In this document: piece after piece, positions 18,884 to 29,947 of the stretch
How the letters are laid out: each line of letters begins with the position of its first letter
Position numbering within the stretch: position 1 is the first letter of the stretch
NCBI GenBank assembly: GCA_963815115.1
Contig: CAWFFN010000008.1
Coordinates: forward strand, 384,001 to 448,000
Length of the DNA: 64,000 nt
DNA from: an uncultured delta proteobacterium
GTDB taxonomy: Bacteria; Desulfobacterota; Binatia; DP-6
Reading direction: 5' to 3'
Notes under the pieces: generated by a model
Seen by the model: the letters and a program-made list of their open reading frames with translations, nothing else
Told to the model about the DNA's origin: nothing
Database searches by the model: none
Made by a program: the position numbers and the translations under genes

Positions 18884-19633
18884 TCACGCCATCATGCCGC
18901 CATCGACCGGCAAGGCTACACCAGTGACGTATGAAGCGTCATCCGAGACCAGGAACAGGGCGGCCCCGGCCACCTCCTCGGGGGTCCCGATGCGGCCGAT
19001 CGGGACCGCCTGCGCGAGATCCTCGGGGGCACGGCCGGCCACCTCGAGGAATCCGTGCAGCAACGGCGTGTCCGTGCTGCCCGGGCAGAGGCAGTTCACC
19101 CGGATGCCGTGAGGGCCCAGCTCGCGGGCCAGCGAACGCGTCAGCAGGACGACCCCGCCCTTGGAGGCGCAGTAGGCCTCGTTGCGCGCTTGACCCTGGA
19201 GCCCTGACTGGGATGCCGTGTTCAGAATCACGCCGCGGGGGCTGCGGCACAGGTGGGGTAGCGCGGCCCGGCACGCGAGGAAGACGGCGCGCAGGTTGGT
19301 GTCGTGGATGCGGTCCCACTCGGCCGGCTCGAGCTGCGCGAACGGAACGAAGTTCCCGCGCCCGGCGTTGTTGAAGAGGATGTCGAGGCCGCCGAAGCGC
19401 TCGACTGCGGTCCCGATCATGCGCTCGACGTCCCCCTCGAGACTGACATCGATGCGCAGGAACGCCGCCTCCCCGCCACGCTCGCGGATGCCGGCGGCGA
19501 CGGCCTCGCCGGCGGCGTCCAGATCGGCGACCAGCACCGATGCACCCTCGGCGGCGAAGCGGACGGCAGACGCGCGGCCGATCCCCGAGGCTGCCCCGGT
19601 GATCACCGCCACGCGCCCGGCGAGCCGCGTCAT
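18884..19633 (-). CDS. Short-chain dehydrogenase/reductase
   Basis: TGAASGIG, NNAG, YCASK. Confidence 0.92.
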   Translation of the reverse strand: MTRLAGRVAVITGAASGIGRASAVRFAAEGASVLVADLDAAGEAVAAGIRERGGEAAFLRIDVSLEGDVERMIGTAVERFGGLDILFNNAGRGNFVPFAQLEPAEWDRIHDTNLRAVFLACRAALPHLCRSPRGVILNTASQSGLQGQARNEAYCASKGGVVLLTRSLARELGPHGIRVNCLCPGSTDTPLLHGFLEVAGRAPEDLAQAVPIGRIGTPEEVAGAALFLVSDDASYVTGVALPVDGGMMA

Positions 19634-20442
19634 GCCGGCAACCGATGCCGGGCGAGAAAGCGCAGCACCCGGTCCGCGAAGACCTTCGGCGTCTCGAGGA
19701 AGCAGCCGTGCCCGGTTGCCGGCAGCATCAGCACCTCGCTGCCGGCGAGCGAGGTGGAGACCGCGCGGGCGTAGCGCGGCGGCGTGAGGATGTCGTCCTC
19801 GCCGACCAGGACCAGCGTCGGGATCCGGAGGAGCGGAAGCAGGCCGAGGATGTCGTGGGCGAGGCAGGCGTCGACCTGCCGTTGATACGCCGCCACCGAG
19901 CGGAGCAGCGCGCCGCGCGCCCTCCTCGCCTCCTGGAAGGCCACCAGCTCGGGCGGAGGCGTCGGAAAGATCCGGTAGGTGAAGGCCCAGGGCATCTGCG
20001 CGGCAAGAAACTCCTCGGGAGCGAGGCGCTCGACCTGGAGACGCCACGAGGCCAGGATCGAGGCCAGGAAGCCGTCGGTGCGTCCCCAGGTGCACGCCAG
20101 CACGAGGGTGGCCACCCGCGTCGGCGCCTGGAGCGCCAGGTGCTGCGCGATGGCACCGCCCATCGATGCGCCCAGGACGTGAAAGCGCTCGATGCCGAGC
20201 TGATCCAGCACGCCGAGCGCGTCGGCGGCCATGTCGCCCAGGCCGTACGGGTTTGGCGCCTCGTCGCTCTCGCCCGCGTCGCGATTGTCGAGCAGCACCA
20301 GACGGTGGCGGCGTGCGAGCTCCCCGCGTGTCAGATCCCAGCCGTGGCGATCGCCGCCCAGCCCCATCAGCATCAGGAGCGGCTCGCCGGCTCCGTCGGT
20401 CTCGACGGCGAGCTCGAGCTCGCCCACGCGCAGCCGCGGCAT
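19630..20442 (-). CDS. Alpha/beta hydrolase
   Basis: GASMGG nucleophile elbow, GEDD, GH. Confidence 0.88.
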   Translation of the reverse strand: MPRLRVGELELAVETDGAGEPLLMLMGLGGDRHGWDLTRGELARRHRLVLLDNRDAGESDEAPNPYGLGDMAADALGVLDQLGIERFHVLGASMGGAIAQHLALQAPTRVATLVLACTWGRTDGFLASILASWRLQVERLAPEEFLAAQMPWAFTYRIFPTPPPELVAFQEARRARGALLRSVAAYQRQVDACLAHDILGLLPLLRIPTLVLVGEDDILTPPRYARAVSTSLAGSEVLMLPATGHGCFLETPKVFADRVLRFLARHRLPA

Positions 20443-20502
20443 GGCGCGGGAGTCTTGGCGCTGCCCCTCGCTCAAGTCAATCGCACGCGCTAGGCTCTGC
20501 GC

Positions 20503-21159
20503 ATGCACGAGAAGTTCCTCTCCCTCACTCCCGCGGTCTACGAGTATCTGGTCGCCCACTCGGCGCCGCCCGACGACGTCCTGCGCGATCTCGCGGACGA
20601 GACCGCGGCGCTCGGCCCGGTGAGCATGATGCAGGTCGCCGTCGAGCAAGGGGCGTTGCTCACCATGGTCGCGCGGCTCATCGGTGCGCGACGGATCGTC
20701 GAGGTCGGCACCTTCACCGGCTACAGCGCCATCTGCCTGGCGCGAGGACTTGGCGACGGCGGCCGCCTGCTCTGCTGCGACGTCAGCGCGGAGTGGACGG
20801 CAATCGCGCGCCGCTTCTGGGACCGTGCCGGCCTCGCCGACCGCATCGAGCTCCGTCTCGGTCCGGCACTCGACACGCTCCGCGCCCTGCCTCCGACGGC
20901 AGAGATCGACCTCGCCTTCATCGACGCCGACAAGCCCGGCTACATCGGCTACTACGAGGAGCTGCTGCCGCGCCTGCGCCCGAACGGGCTCCTGATCTTC
21001 GACAACGTGCTGTGGTCCGGTCTCGTCGCCGATGCGGCGGCCATCGACGACCAGACGCGCGCGCTGCGAGCCCTGAACGACCACGTCGCCGCCGATCCGC
21101 GGGTCGAGACGGTCATGCTCAGCGTCGCCGACGGCCTGCTGCTGGCGCGCAAGCGCTGA
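20503..21159 (+). CDS. O-methyltransferase (caffeoyl-CoA OMT-like)
   Basis: EVGTFTGYS, FIDADK, DNVLWSG. Confidence 0.92.
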   Translation: MHEKFLSLTPAVYEYLVAHSAPPDDVLRDLADETAALGPVSMMQVAVEQGALLTMVARLIGARRIVEVGTFTGYSAICLARGLGDGGRLLCCDVSAEWTAIARRFWDRAGLADRIELRLGPALDTLRALPPTAEIDLAFIDADKPGYIGYYEELLPRLRPNGLLIFDNVLWSGLVADAAAIDDQTRALRALNDHVAADPRVETVMLSVADGLLLARKR

Positions 21160-21169
21160 CCGCGGCGCT

Positions 21170-22051
21170 TCACGGACCGACGCAGCTCTCGAGCGCGGCC
21201 GGAAGCTCGGGCTGACGCCAGCCGTAGCCGAGACGCTCGGCCACCCGGGGCAGCACGCGCTGGCCGCCGAGCAGCATCGTCGCCATCTCGCCCATGAGGA
21301 GCCGGAGCCCGAAGCCGGGCACCGGCAGCATGGCGGGCCGATGGAGCGCCCGCCCGAGCGCGTGCGTGAAGTCTCGATTGGTGACGGGGTTCGGCGAGGT
21401 CGCGTTCACCGGACCGCCGTACTCCTCGTTCGCCACCGCCTCGCGGAGCAGGCCGACCACGTCGTCGCGATGCACCCACGACATCCACTGCCGGCCACCG
21501 CCGAGCGGCCCGCCGAGCCCGGCGCGGAACGGCAGCAGCATCGCGGAGAGCGCGCCACCATCCGGAGCGAGCACGATGCCGAGGCGCAGGACGACGACCC
21601 GCAGACCGAGCGCCTGCGCACGCTGCGCTTCCGCCTCCCACTCGACGCACACACGGGCCAGGAAGCCGGCGCCGGGTGCCGCGGTCTCGTCGACGGCCTC
21701 GTCACCGCGCTCGCCGTAGAACCCGATGGCGGACGCGTTCACCAGCACCTTCGGGCGAGGCGTCGCGGCGGACACGGCGTCGACCAGTGCGCGCGTGGCC
21801 TCGACCCGGCTCGAGCGGATCGCGGCTTTGCGCGCGGCGGTCCAGCGGCCCCCGGCGATCGGCTCCCCGGCAAGGTTCACGACGGCGTCGGTCTCGGACA
21901 TCACCGTCCCCAGCGCGTCCCAGCCGACGGCGCGCGCTGGCACGCGCCCCGGGTCGCGGCTGACCACCGTCACCGTGTGACCTGCGGCGCGCAGCGCATC
22001 GCACGCTGCCTTGCCCACGAATCCCGTCCCGCCGGTCACCAGCACCCGCAT
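21170..22051 (-). CDS. TIGR01777/YfcH-family NAD-dependent epimerase
   Basis: TGGTGFVG, NLAGEPIA, WMSWVH. Confidence 0.9.
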   Translation of the reverse strand: MRVLVTGGTGFVGKAACDALRAAGHTVTVVSRDPGRVPARAVGWDALGTVMSETDAVVNLAGEPIAGGRWTAARKAAIRSSRVEATRALVDAVSAATPRPKVLVNASAIGFYGERGDEAVDETAAPGAGFLARVCVEWEAEAQRAQALGLRVVVLRLGIVLAPDGGALSAMLLPFRAGLGGPLGGGRQWMSWVHRDDVVGLLREAVANEEYGGPVNATSPNPVTNRDFTHALGRALHRPAMLPVPGFGLRLLMGEMATMLLGGQRVLPRVAERLGYGWRQPELPAALESCVGP

Positions 22052-22149
22052 CGGGCGCCCCTAGCACGCAGGCGACACGGACCCAAGCGGTCGGCGCGCG
22101 GCGCGCTCACGCTTGCGAGGCGCGGCGCGCCTGTGTCAGACGAGCACGC

Positions 22150-23361
22150 ATGACCATGCCGCTCGACGGCATTCGCGTGATCGACTGGACGATCTGGCAG
22201 CAGGGCCCCGTGGCCTCGGTGATGCTCGGCGACCTCGGCGCCGAGGTCATCAAGGTCGAGGAGCGCGTCGGCGGCGACCCGGGACGCGGCGTGCTGCGCG
22301 CCCAGGGGATCGATCTGCGCGACCGGCCGAACTTCTACTTCGAAGCGAACAACCGCAACAAGAAGAGCCTCACGGTCGACCTGAAGCGTCCCGAGGGCGT
22401 CGAGATCGTGCGCCGGCTGGCGGACCGGGCCGACGTCTTCGTCCAGAACTTCCGTCAGGGCGTCGCGGCCAGGCTCGGGCTCGACGCACCCACGCTCCGC
22501 GCGCGCAATCCACGGCTCGTCTACGCCAGCGCCAGCGGCTACGGTCCCGAGGGCCCGGAGAGCGCCGCGCCGTCCTTCGACTATCTCGGGCTGGCCCGCT
22601 CGGGGATCATGCTCTCGGCCGGAGAGCCGGACGATCCGCCGCTCGCCATCGCGGGCGGCATCGCCGATCAGATGGGCGCGGTGATGCTCGCCTACGGCGT
22701 GCTCGCCGCCCTCCTTGCCCGCGCGCGCACGGGTCGTGGGCAAGAGGTCGACGCCTCGCACCTCGGCTCCATGGCGTGGCTGCAGGGACTCGGGCTGTCG
22801 GGCCGCCTGATGCTGGGACGAGCGCTGCCGCGCGTCCCCCGTGCCTTCGCGACCAACCCGCTGTGGAACCACTACCGCTGCGCCGACGACGCCTGGATCG
22901 CGCTCTCCATGCTGCAGGCCGACCGCTACTGGGCATCGTTCTGCGAGGTGCTGGGCATCTCCTGGGCGGCGACCGACGAGCGTTTCGCCACCATGCTGGC
23001 TCGCATGGGCAACTGCGGCGAGTGCGTCGCGCTGCTCGACGAGACGTTCGCCACCAGACCACGCGACGAGTGGCTCCGCCTGCTCGCCGAGGGCGGCGAC
23101 TTCATCGTCGGCATCGTCAACTCCGTCGACCAGCTCCCCGACGATCCGCAGGTGCAGGCGAACGGCTACGTCACCACCTTCGAGCATCCGACGTTCGGTC
23201 CCACCAGGGTCGTCGGCCTTCCCATCCGCCTGAGCGACACGCCCGGCAGCGTCCGCCTGCCCGCGCCCGAGTTCGGACAGCACACCGAGGAGATCCTCGT
23301 CGGCTTGCTCGGCTACACGTGGGACGAGGTGGCGGAGCTGAAGGACGCCGAGGTGATCTGA
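22150..23361 (+). CDS. Family III CoA-transferase (CaiB/BaiF)
   Basis: LGDLGAEVIKVE, NRNKKS, DVFVQNFR, FGQHTEEIL. Confidence 0.92.
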   Translation: MTMPLDGIRVIDWTIWQQGPVASVMLGDLGAEVIKVEERVGGDPGRGVLRAQGIDLRDRPNFYFEANNRNKKSLTVDLKRPEGVEIVRRLADRADVFVQNFRQGVAARLGLDAPTLRARNPRLVYASASGYGPEGPESAAPSFDYLGLARSGIMLSAGEPDDPPLAIAGGIADQMGAVMLAYGVLAALLARARTGRGQEVDASHLGSMAWLQGLGLSGRLMLGRALPRVPRAFATNPLWNHYRCADDAWIALSMLQADRYWASFCEVLGISWAATDERFATMLARMGNCGECVALLDETFATRPRDEWLRLLAEGGDFIVGIVNSVDQLPDDPQVQANGYVTTFEHPTFGPTRVVGLPIRLSDTPGSVRLPAPEFGQHTEEILVGLLGYTWDEVAELKDAEVI

Positions 23362-24798
23362 GTGCCCCGCCGTCGGCGGCGAGCGGCGGCGCCGTCCGTC
23401 GCGGCGCCGTGCATCGCAGCCCTGCTGGCGTGGGCGGCGGCAGCCCACGCCCAGCCCTCCGTGATGCTCGTCGTGCTCGATACCGTGCGCGCCGACGCCG
23501 TCTCGGCGTACGCCCGGATCGACGGCACGACGCCCACGGTGGACCGCCTCGCGGCGGGAGGGCTGCGCTACGCCCACGCGTACAGCCAGGCCAACTGGAC
23601 GGTGCCGTCACACGCGGCGCTGTTCACCGGCCTGCTGCCGAGCACCACCGGCATGGGATACGTCGGCGCACCACTGCCATCCCGCTTCCGGACGCTCGCC
23701 GAGGTCCTCGCTGCGGGAGGTTACGAGACGGTCGGGTTCTGCGAGAATCCCTGGTTCGGCGACGAGACCGCGCTGGCGCGAGGCTTCCAGCGCTTCACGG
23801 AGCTCGACCGGGCCCGCGAGAACGACATGCCCGCGTCGGTGGCGCGATGGGCTCGCGAGCGTGATCGGAGCCGGCCGTTCTTCCTCTTCCTGAACATCAT
23901 GGACGCGCACGAGCGCTATCCCGTGCGTGCCGACAATCCCTGGCTCCCGCCGTGGATCTCCCTCGAGGAGGCGAACTACGCGGCCGACCACGTCGGCGAT
24001 CTGCGCTGCGCCACGGACGGCCGCTTCGCCGAGCTCGATCTGCTGCGGCGGCTCTACTGGCAGGGCGTGCAGCTGGCCGATGCGAAGCTCGGCCGCGTGC
24101 TCGACGCCATGGCAGCCGCGGGGCTGCGCGACGGGCTCCGCATCGTCGTCGTGGCGGATCACGGCGAGCACTTCGGCGAGCAACGTCAGGTCCTCCACGA
24201 CATCGGCGTCGGCGAGGCGTTGATCCACGTTCCCCTCGTGATCAACGGACTCCCCGGCGTGGCGCCGGCGGTGATCGAGGCGCCGGTGGCCCTCGCCGAT
24301 CTCTATCCCACGGTGCTCGGCTGGGCCGGCCTGTCCGGACCATCGTATTCCCTGGTGGGGCGCCCCCTTCCGACGTCGCCCGACCAGGCGACGGGCGCCC
24401 GGCGTCTGGTCGCCGAGTTCCGCGACGCGGTTCCCGGGGTCGGGTTCCTGCGATCCTTCGAGAGCCTCACCCCGGGCGCCATCCTGGTCGACAGCATCAT
24501 GGCCCAGCTCCGCGCGTTCTGCACCCCCGACGACCGCGCCAGTGGGGATCAGACCGCGGTCATCGAGTGGCCGCACAAGCTCATCTGGTATCAGAACTTC
24601 CCGCCACAGCTCTTCGACCTCGCACAGGATCCCGGCCAGACCGTCGACCTCTCCGGTCGCCAGCCCGACACCGTGCGGGCGCTCCTCGCCGGCGTGCCGC
24701 GCGAAGCGGACGAGCTGCACAACCGCGAGACGGTGCCGGCGGAGGTCGAGCGCGAGCGAGCGGATCGCCTCCGCGCCCTCGGCTACCTCGTCAGGTAG
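23362..24798 (+). CDS. Sulfatase-family protein
   Basis: LDTVRAD, WTVPSHAALFTG, ADHGE, LRALGYL. Confidence 0.85.
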   Translation: MPRRRRRAAAPSVAAPCIAALLAWAAAAHAQPSVMLVVLDTVRADAVSAYARIDGTTPTVDRLAAGGLRYAHAYSQANWTVPSHAALFTGLLPSTTGMGYVGAPLPSRFRTLAEVLAAGGYETVGFCENPWFGDETALARGFQRFTELDRARENDMPASVARWARERDRSRPFFLFLNIMDAHERYPVRADNPWLPPWISLEEANYAADHVGDLRCATDGRFAELDLLRRLYWQGVQLADAKLGRVLDAMAAAGLRDGLRIVVVADHGEHFGEQRQVLHDIGVGEALIHVPLVINGLPGVAPAVIEAPVALADLYPTVLGWAGLSGPSYSLVGRPLPTSPDQATGARRLVAEFRDAVPGVGFLRSFESLTPGAILVDSIMAQLRAFCTPDDRASGDQTAVIEWPHKLIWYQNFPPQLFDLAQDPGQTVDLSGRQPDTVRALLAGVPREADELHNRETVPAEVERERADRLRALGYLVR

Positions 24799-25898
24799 CG
24801 GCGGGGCTTTCCTCCGACACGATCCGCTCCACCGCCGCGAGACGATGGGTCAAGGTCGCCGGGTCGTCGCAGCGCACCGTGACGTGCCCGACCTTGCGTC
24901 CCGCGCGCGGCGCCTTGCCGTAGAGGTGCAGGTGCGCCCCGGCGATGGCGAGGATCCTCGCCGGGTCCGGCCACCCTCCGATCAGGTTGACCATGCCCGA
25001 GACCCCCAGCGGGGCAACCGATCCCAGGGGCGCTCCGGTGATGGCGCGCACGTGGTTCTCGAACTGGCTCGTCTCGGCACCCTCGATGGTCCAGTGCCCG
25101 GAGTTGTGGACGCGAGGGGCCAGCTCGTTGGCGAGGAGCCCGCCGCCGACCTCGAACAGCTCGAGTGCCAGCACGCCGACGTAGTCCAGATGCCCGAGTA
25201 GCCGGCCCACGAGCGACCCCGCCGCGGCCTGGAGCGCGTCGGTCACGCGCGGCGCCGGAGCGATCGAGCGCCGCAGGATGCCGCCCTCGGTGTAGGTTCT
25301 CGACCAGCGGATACACGGCGACGGTCCCGTCGCGGCCGCGCACGGCAAGGCAGGACAGCTCGCGAGCGAAGCGGACGAAGCCCTCGAGCAGACAGGGCGC
25401 GTTGCCCAGCGCCGCCCATGCGGTCGCGACCTCCTCCGGGCCGCGCACCACGCGCTGACCCTTGCCGTCGTAGCCCAGGCGGCGGGTCTTCAGGACCGCC
25501 GGCATGGCCACCGACTCGACGGCCGCGGCGAGGGTCCCGGTCGAGTCGATCGGGGCGAACGGCGCGGTCGGGATCCCGAGGCTCCCGAACAACGTCTTCT
25601 CGTGGAGCCGGTCCTGCGAAACCTCGAGCGCCGCCGGCGACGGATACACCGGCACCTGCGCGGCGAGCGTCCGGGCCGCTGCCGCGGGCACGTTCTCGAA
25701 CTCGTAGGTGACGAGGTCGACCCGCGAGACGAGCTCGGCGAGCGCGCGCGGATCGTCGGGCTGCGCGACGAGATGGCTCCCGAGGTCGCCGAGCGCTTCC
25801 GGGGCGGGATCGAGGAAGACGAATCCGTGGCCCAGCGGATACCCGGCGAGTGCCAGCATGCGCCCCAGCTGGCCCCCGCCGAGGACGCCGATGTTCAC
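24791..25898 (-). CDS. purK: N5-carboxyaminoimidazole ribonucleotide synthase (apparent +1 frameshift at ~25285)
   Basis: [15 protein letters not shown], then [12 protein letters not shown] and GRKVGHV in the next frame. Confidence 0.9.
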
Positions 25899-26386
25899 GC
25901 CTTCCTCGGATCCGGATCCGCCAGCACGGCCGCCGTCTGCGTCGAGCGAAAGCGGCGCAGCGCCTCGCGGATCTCCGGGTGCCTGCCGCCCAGGATCGCG
26001 GCCGCCAGGAGGGCGGCGTTCACCGCCCCGGCGCGTCCGATGGCGAGCGTCCCGACCGGCACGCCGCCCGGCATCTGCACGATGGAGAGCAGCGAGTCGA
26101 TGCCTTTCAACGCGGCCGATTCGACCGGCACGCCCAGCACCGGCAGCACCGTCTTCGCCGCCGCCATGCCCGGCAGGTGCGCGGCGCCTCCCGCGCCGGC
26201 GATCAGGACCTCGAGACCTCGCGACTCGGCGCCGCCGGCGTACTCGAACAGCAGGTCGGGAGTGCGATGGGCCGAGACCACCCGCACCTCGTGCGGCACG
26301 CCGAGCTGCTCGAGGGTGTCGGCGGCATGGCGCAGCGTCTCCCAGTCGGACCGGGAGCCCATGATGATGCCGACCAGGGGCTGCAT
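25895..26386 (-). CDS. purE: N5-CAIR mutase
   Basis: [25 protein letters not shown]. Confidence 0.96.
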   Translation of the reverse strand: MQPLVGIIMGSRSDWETLRHAADTLEQLGVPHEVRVVSAHRTPDLLFEYAGGAESRGLEVLIAGAGGAAHLPGMAAAKTVLPVLGVPVESAALKGIDSLLSIVQMPGGVPVGTLAIGRAGAVNAALLAAAILGGRHPEIREALRRFRSTQTAAVLADPDPRKA

Positions 26387-27153
26387 CAGCCGAGCATCAC
26401 CAAACCGCCGTCGACCGGGATCACCTGCCCGGTCACCATCCTGGAATCGTCGGACGCGAGCCACACCGCGGTGCCCGTCAGGTCGTCGGGCTCGAGCGCG
26501 CGGTGAATCGCCATCTGCATGTCGATGATGTACTGCAGGTACTGCTCCGGCACGCCCTGCTTCGTCGCCTCGGTCATCGTCGGGCCGGGCGCGATGGCGT
26601 TCACGCGGATGTTCTGGCGGCCGACGGTGCCGGCCATGAAGTGCGTCATGGCGTTGATCGCCGCCTTCGTGACGCTGTAGTGGAACGACGGCAGCTGCTC
26701 GTCGATCACGGGATACTCCGGGTGCATCCAGGCTGCCGACGACGACTGGTTGATCACCGAGCCGCCTCCGCTCCGGGCCATGAACGGGAAGACCGCCCGC
26801 GACATGAGCCAGGTGCCGAAGTAGTTCACGTCGAAGATCTTCTTCAAATACGCGAACGACGTGTCGAAGTTGTCGATGCCGTAGAAGATGGCGGCGTTGT
26901 TGAGGAGCACGTCGACCTTCCCGGCACGCTCGAAGACCGCCTGCGCCATCCGCCTGGTGTCGTCCTCGCTCGACACGTCGACGCGTTCGAACACCGCGCC
27001 GCCGCCGATCGAGCGCGCCACCGCCTCGCCTTTCTCGGCGTTCACGTCGGCAACCACCACCGTGGCGCCTTCCCGCGCGAACCTGTGGGCGTAGGCCTCG
27101 CCGATGCCCTGACCTGCGCCCGTGATGATGGCCACTTTCCCCTCGAGTCGCAT
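26386..27153 (-). CDS. Short-chain dehydrogenase/reductase
   Basis: [17 protein letters not shown]. Confidence 0.9.
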   Translation of the reverse strand: MRLEGKVAIITGAGQGIGEAYAHRFAREGATVVVADVNAEKGEAVARSIGGGAVFERVDVSSEDDTRRMAQAVFERAGKVDVLLNNAAIFYGIDNFDTSFAYLKKIFDVNYFGTWLMSRAVFPFMARSGGGSVINQSSSAAWMHPEYPVIDEQLPSFHYSVTKAAINAMTHFMAGTVGRQNIRVNAIAPGPTMTEATKQGVPEQYLQYIIDMQMAIHRALEPDDLTGTAVWLASDDSRMVTGQVIPVDGGLVMLG

Positions 27154-27172
27154 GCGGGGGTGTGTAGCGCGT

Positions 27173-28024
27173 TCAGGCCAGGCCGTCGAGGAAGCGGCGC
27201 AACGCGGCTCCGGTCTCGACCGGTTTCGCGACGAGAAAATGATGGCCACCGGGAAACACCTCGATCGTCGTGCCGGGACGCGCGGCGGCGATCCGTCCTC
27301 GCTCCGCCTCGTCGAGCACCCAGCTGCTCGCGCCGGCAGCGATGAGGACCGGGCAGCGCAGCGCGGCGAGCAGTCCCGAGATGTCGCCGCCCCCGTCGCC
27401 ATCGAGCGAGAGCACCGCGCGATCGAAGCGGAAGGTCCACTCGCCGGGCGCCCGCTCGCGCACCGCGTGCTCGGCGAGCAGCGCCACGATGTCCGGCGCG
27501 ACTCCGGACTCCTCGGGCACGAAGCGGAAGGCGGCGAGCGCCGCCGCGCGCCCGGCATAGCCGCGGCCGTCGCGCTGCCCGGTGACGCGGCCGCGCCAGC
27601 GCGCGGCCAGCGCGGGATCGACGTCGCCGAGCCGACTGTCGAGCAAGGCGAGGCCGCGCACGTTCGACGGCTGGCGCGCCGCATGGCCGAGGGCGACGCG
27701 ACCGCCCATCGAGTGGCCGACGAGCGCCACCGGTCCCGGCGCCAGGGCGTGACGGACCGCGGTCAGATCGTCGGCAAAATCCTCGAGCCCGTACGCCGGC
27801 GGCTCGGCCCAGTCGCTCTCGCCATGACCGCGCAGGTCGGGCGCAACGAGACGCCACCCCGGAACCAGCGCCGGCACCAGCGGCGTCCACCAGTGCGCGT
27901 GGCCCCCGTTGCCGTGCACGAGCAGCGCGGTGGGATCACCGTCCCGTCCCCAGACGAGGCAGCGCAGCCGGACCGCCCCCGTCCGTACCACGACCGACTC
28001 GGGCTGCGGAAAGGTCAGCTCCAC
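27173..28024 (-). CDS. Alpha/beta hydrolase
   Basis: HGNGG, DLRGHGES, GHSMGG, GGHH. Confidence 0.88.
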   Translation of the reverse strand: MELTFPQPESVVVRTGAVRLRCLVWGRDGDPTALLVHGNGGHAHWWTPLVPALVPGWRLVAPDLRGHGESDWAEPPAYGLEDFADDLTAVRHALAPGPVALVGHSMGGRVALGHAARQPSNVRGLALLDSRLGDVDPALAARWRGRVTGQRDGRGYAGRAAALAAFRFVPEESGVAPDIVALLAEHAVRERAPGEWTFRFDRAVLSLDGDGGGDISGLLAALRCPVLIAAGASSWVLDEAERGRIAAARPGTTIEVFPGGHHFLVAKPVETGAALRRFLDGLA

Positions 28025-28818
28025 AGCTCCCGGAAGCGCTCGAGGGCGCGCGGCACCACCGATTCGTATCCTTCCGCCTCGATCGCGGAGCCCAGCAGCT
28101 CGATGTCCCACCAGCCCTCGTACCCGGCATCGGCCAGCGCGCCGCAGATGCGGCGGAGCGGGATGTCCCCATCTCCCATGACGACGCGCTCGCTCGCCGC
28201 CAGCGTGCCGACCTTGAAGTCGCTCACCTGCACGATGGCGATGCGGTCCCGCCGGCGGTGCAGGTTGTCGTACAGTCCGCGCTCGATCCACGCGTTGTTC
28301 AGCTCGAGCACCACGCCGAGCCACGGCGACGGCGTGCCGTCGGCAAAATCGAGCGCCTCCGCGAAGGAGTGCAGGAATCCGAGATCCATCCGGAGCTGGC
28401 TCACGGGCTCGAGCGCGAGCCGCACCCCGAGGCGCTCCGCGTCGCCGAGAAGTTCCTCGAGCAGGGGACGCGACCTGGCCGCCGACTCCTCCCAGGAGAG
28501 CCCGGACGCGTGCCCGGGCAGGACGAGGAGGCAGCTCGCCCCGATCTCCGCGGCGACGGCCAGGTGATCCCGCGTCCGCACGACCGCATCCGCCGCGCCG
28601 CGCGCGTCCTCGAGCGGGAAGAACCCCGAGGAGGTCAGGCACGACGCGGCGAGGCCGGCCTCACGCAGGAGCCTGGCGCCGAGCGTGACCCCGTAGGTCT
28701 CGAGCTTCCGGATCGACACCCCGACTGCCGCGATGCCGTGCCCGGCGAAGAAGGCCACGTCGCGCTCGAAGGGCCAGCCGAAGGTGGTGATCTGGCTCAT
28801 GGACACCCGCGGGGTCAC
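28015..28818 (-). CDS. Sugar phosphate isomerase/epimerase (xylose-isomerase-like TIM barrel)
   Basis: LALEPV, VQVSD, GDGDIPL, WWDIE. Confidence 0.82.
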   Translation of the reverse strand: MTPRVSMSQITTFGWPFERDVAFFAGHGIAAVGVSIRKLETYGVTLGARLLREAGLAASCLTSSGFFPLEDARGAADAVVRTRDHLAVAAEIGASCLLVLPGHASGLSWEESAARSRPLLEELLGDAERLGVRLALEPVSQLRMDLGFLHSFAEALDFADGTPSPWLGVVLELNNAWIERGLYDNLHRRRDRIAIVQVSDFKVGTLAASERVVMGDGDIPLRRICGALADAGYEGWWDIELLGSAIEAEGYESVVPRALERFRELWS

Positions 28819-28841
28819 TGGCGCCTCGAAAATGGCCTGGT

Positions 28842-29162
28842 ATGAGGGCTGACAGTCGGGTACTTCTCCCGGCAGGCATGCAAGATCGCGTGGCAAAGCC
28901 GACCGTGAGTCGAAGTCATCGGGCCGAGGCAGCTCGCTCCGACGCGCGCTGGCTCCTCGCCTGGATAGGGGTGTTTGCGGGGTCGATGCTGCTCATCGTC
29001 GTCGCCCATCAGGTCTACCGACTCACCGGCCCGCACCCGCAGATGACGGCGTTCATTCGCCAGCTGAAGCATCATTCACGCTGGCTCATTCCCGGGATGA
29101 AGGGCAAGCGGGCGAGCACCTTCCTGCTGCCCATGCCCCGGCTGCCGATCGAGCCGCACTAG
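28842..29162 (+). CDS. Small single-pass membrane hypothetical protein
   Basis: Hydrophobic segment WLLAWIGVFAGSMLLIVVA; fills the gap between genes; start uncertain. Confidence 0.45.
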   Translation: MRADSRVLLPAGMQDRVAKPTVSRSHRAEAARSDARWLLAWIGVFAGSMLLIVVAHQVYRLTGPHPQMTAFIRQLKHHSRWLIPGMKGKRASTFLLPMPRLPIEPH

Positions 29163-29197
29163 CGAGCCCACTGGCCGGCGAGGCTCACCGGCGAGCC

Positions 29198-29842
29198 TCA
29201 CTGCCGGCCGTCCCGCTGGAGCGGGCACGAGGCACAGCGCGCGAACGCCTCGTCGGGCCGCCGTGGCGCCCGGCAGCCCGCCTCCTCCAGCAACCGGAGC
29301 GCCGTCCACAGCGGCAGCCCCATGACGTTGCACCAGCACCCGTCGATGGACTCGACGGGCCGGAAGGGGACGTCCTGAATGCCGTAGGCGCCCGCCTTGT
29401 CCCGTCCGCCACCTCCGGCGACGTAGGCCTCGATCTCCGCTGCGGTGTAGTCACGCATGCGCACGACGCTGTGGCAGGCGGCGCGACGCTCGTTCCCCGG
29501 CGCGCGGACCACGACGCCGGTGATGACCTCGTGGTCGCGCCCGCCCAGCGACGCGAGCATGCGACGCGCCCTCTCTGCCGACTGCGGCTTGCCGAAGACG
29601 GCGCCGTCGAGGACCACGATGGTGTCCGCGGCCAGCACCACGGCGTCGCCCCGAGCCGTGGCCGCCGCTTTCGCCGCCGCGACGACCAGCGCGGACGCCT
29701 CGGGCGCCCGTCCAGCTGCCAGCGCCTCCTCGTCGAGGTCGGCCGGCGCGAGGTCGAAGCTGACCCCCACGGCGCCGAGCAACTCGCGGCGCCTGGGCGA
29801 GGCAGACGCGAGGACGATGCTCCGGGGGGCGGTCGTCGGCAT
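29198..29842 (-). CDS. maf: Maf nucleotide pyrophosphatase
   Basis: LASASPRRRELL, ADTIV, KAGAYGIQ, NVMGLP. Confidence 0.92.
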   Translation of the reverse strand: MPTTAPRSIVLASASPRRRELLGAVGVSFDLAPADLDEEALAAGRAPEASALVVAAAKAAATARGDAVVLAADTIVVLDGAVFGKPQSAERARRMLASLGGRDHEVITGVVVRAPGNERRAACHSVVRMRDYTAAEIEAYVAGGGGRDKAGAYGIQDVPFRPVESIDGCWCNVMGLPLWTALRLLEEAGCRAPRRPDEAFARCASCPLQRDGRQ

Positions 29843-29947
29843 GCGCGTCCTCTATAACGACGCCGGTCCGGCCGCGCGCAACCCGCGCTGTTCTCGCTTG
29901 CCGGCGCGCAATCACCCCGGTAGCGTCCCGGCGGCCCGTACAGACCC

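Noticed and set aside
16008-19112. Very long Arg/Ala/Gly-rich ORFs (also 30221-32734, 45659-48625, 58890-61991, 58936-61851)
   Set aside because: Shadow frames of real genes in GC-rich DNA; no recognisable motifs
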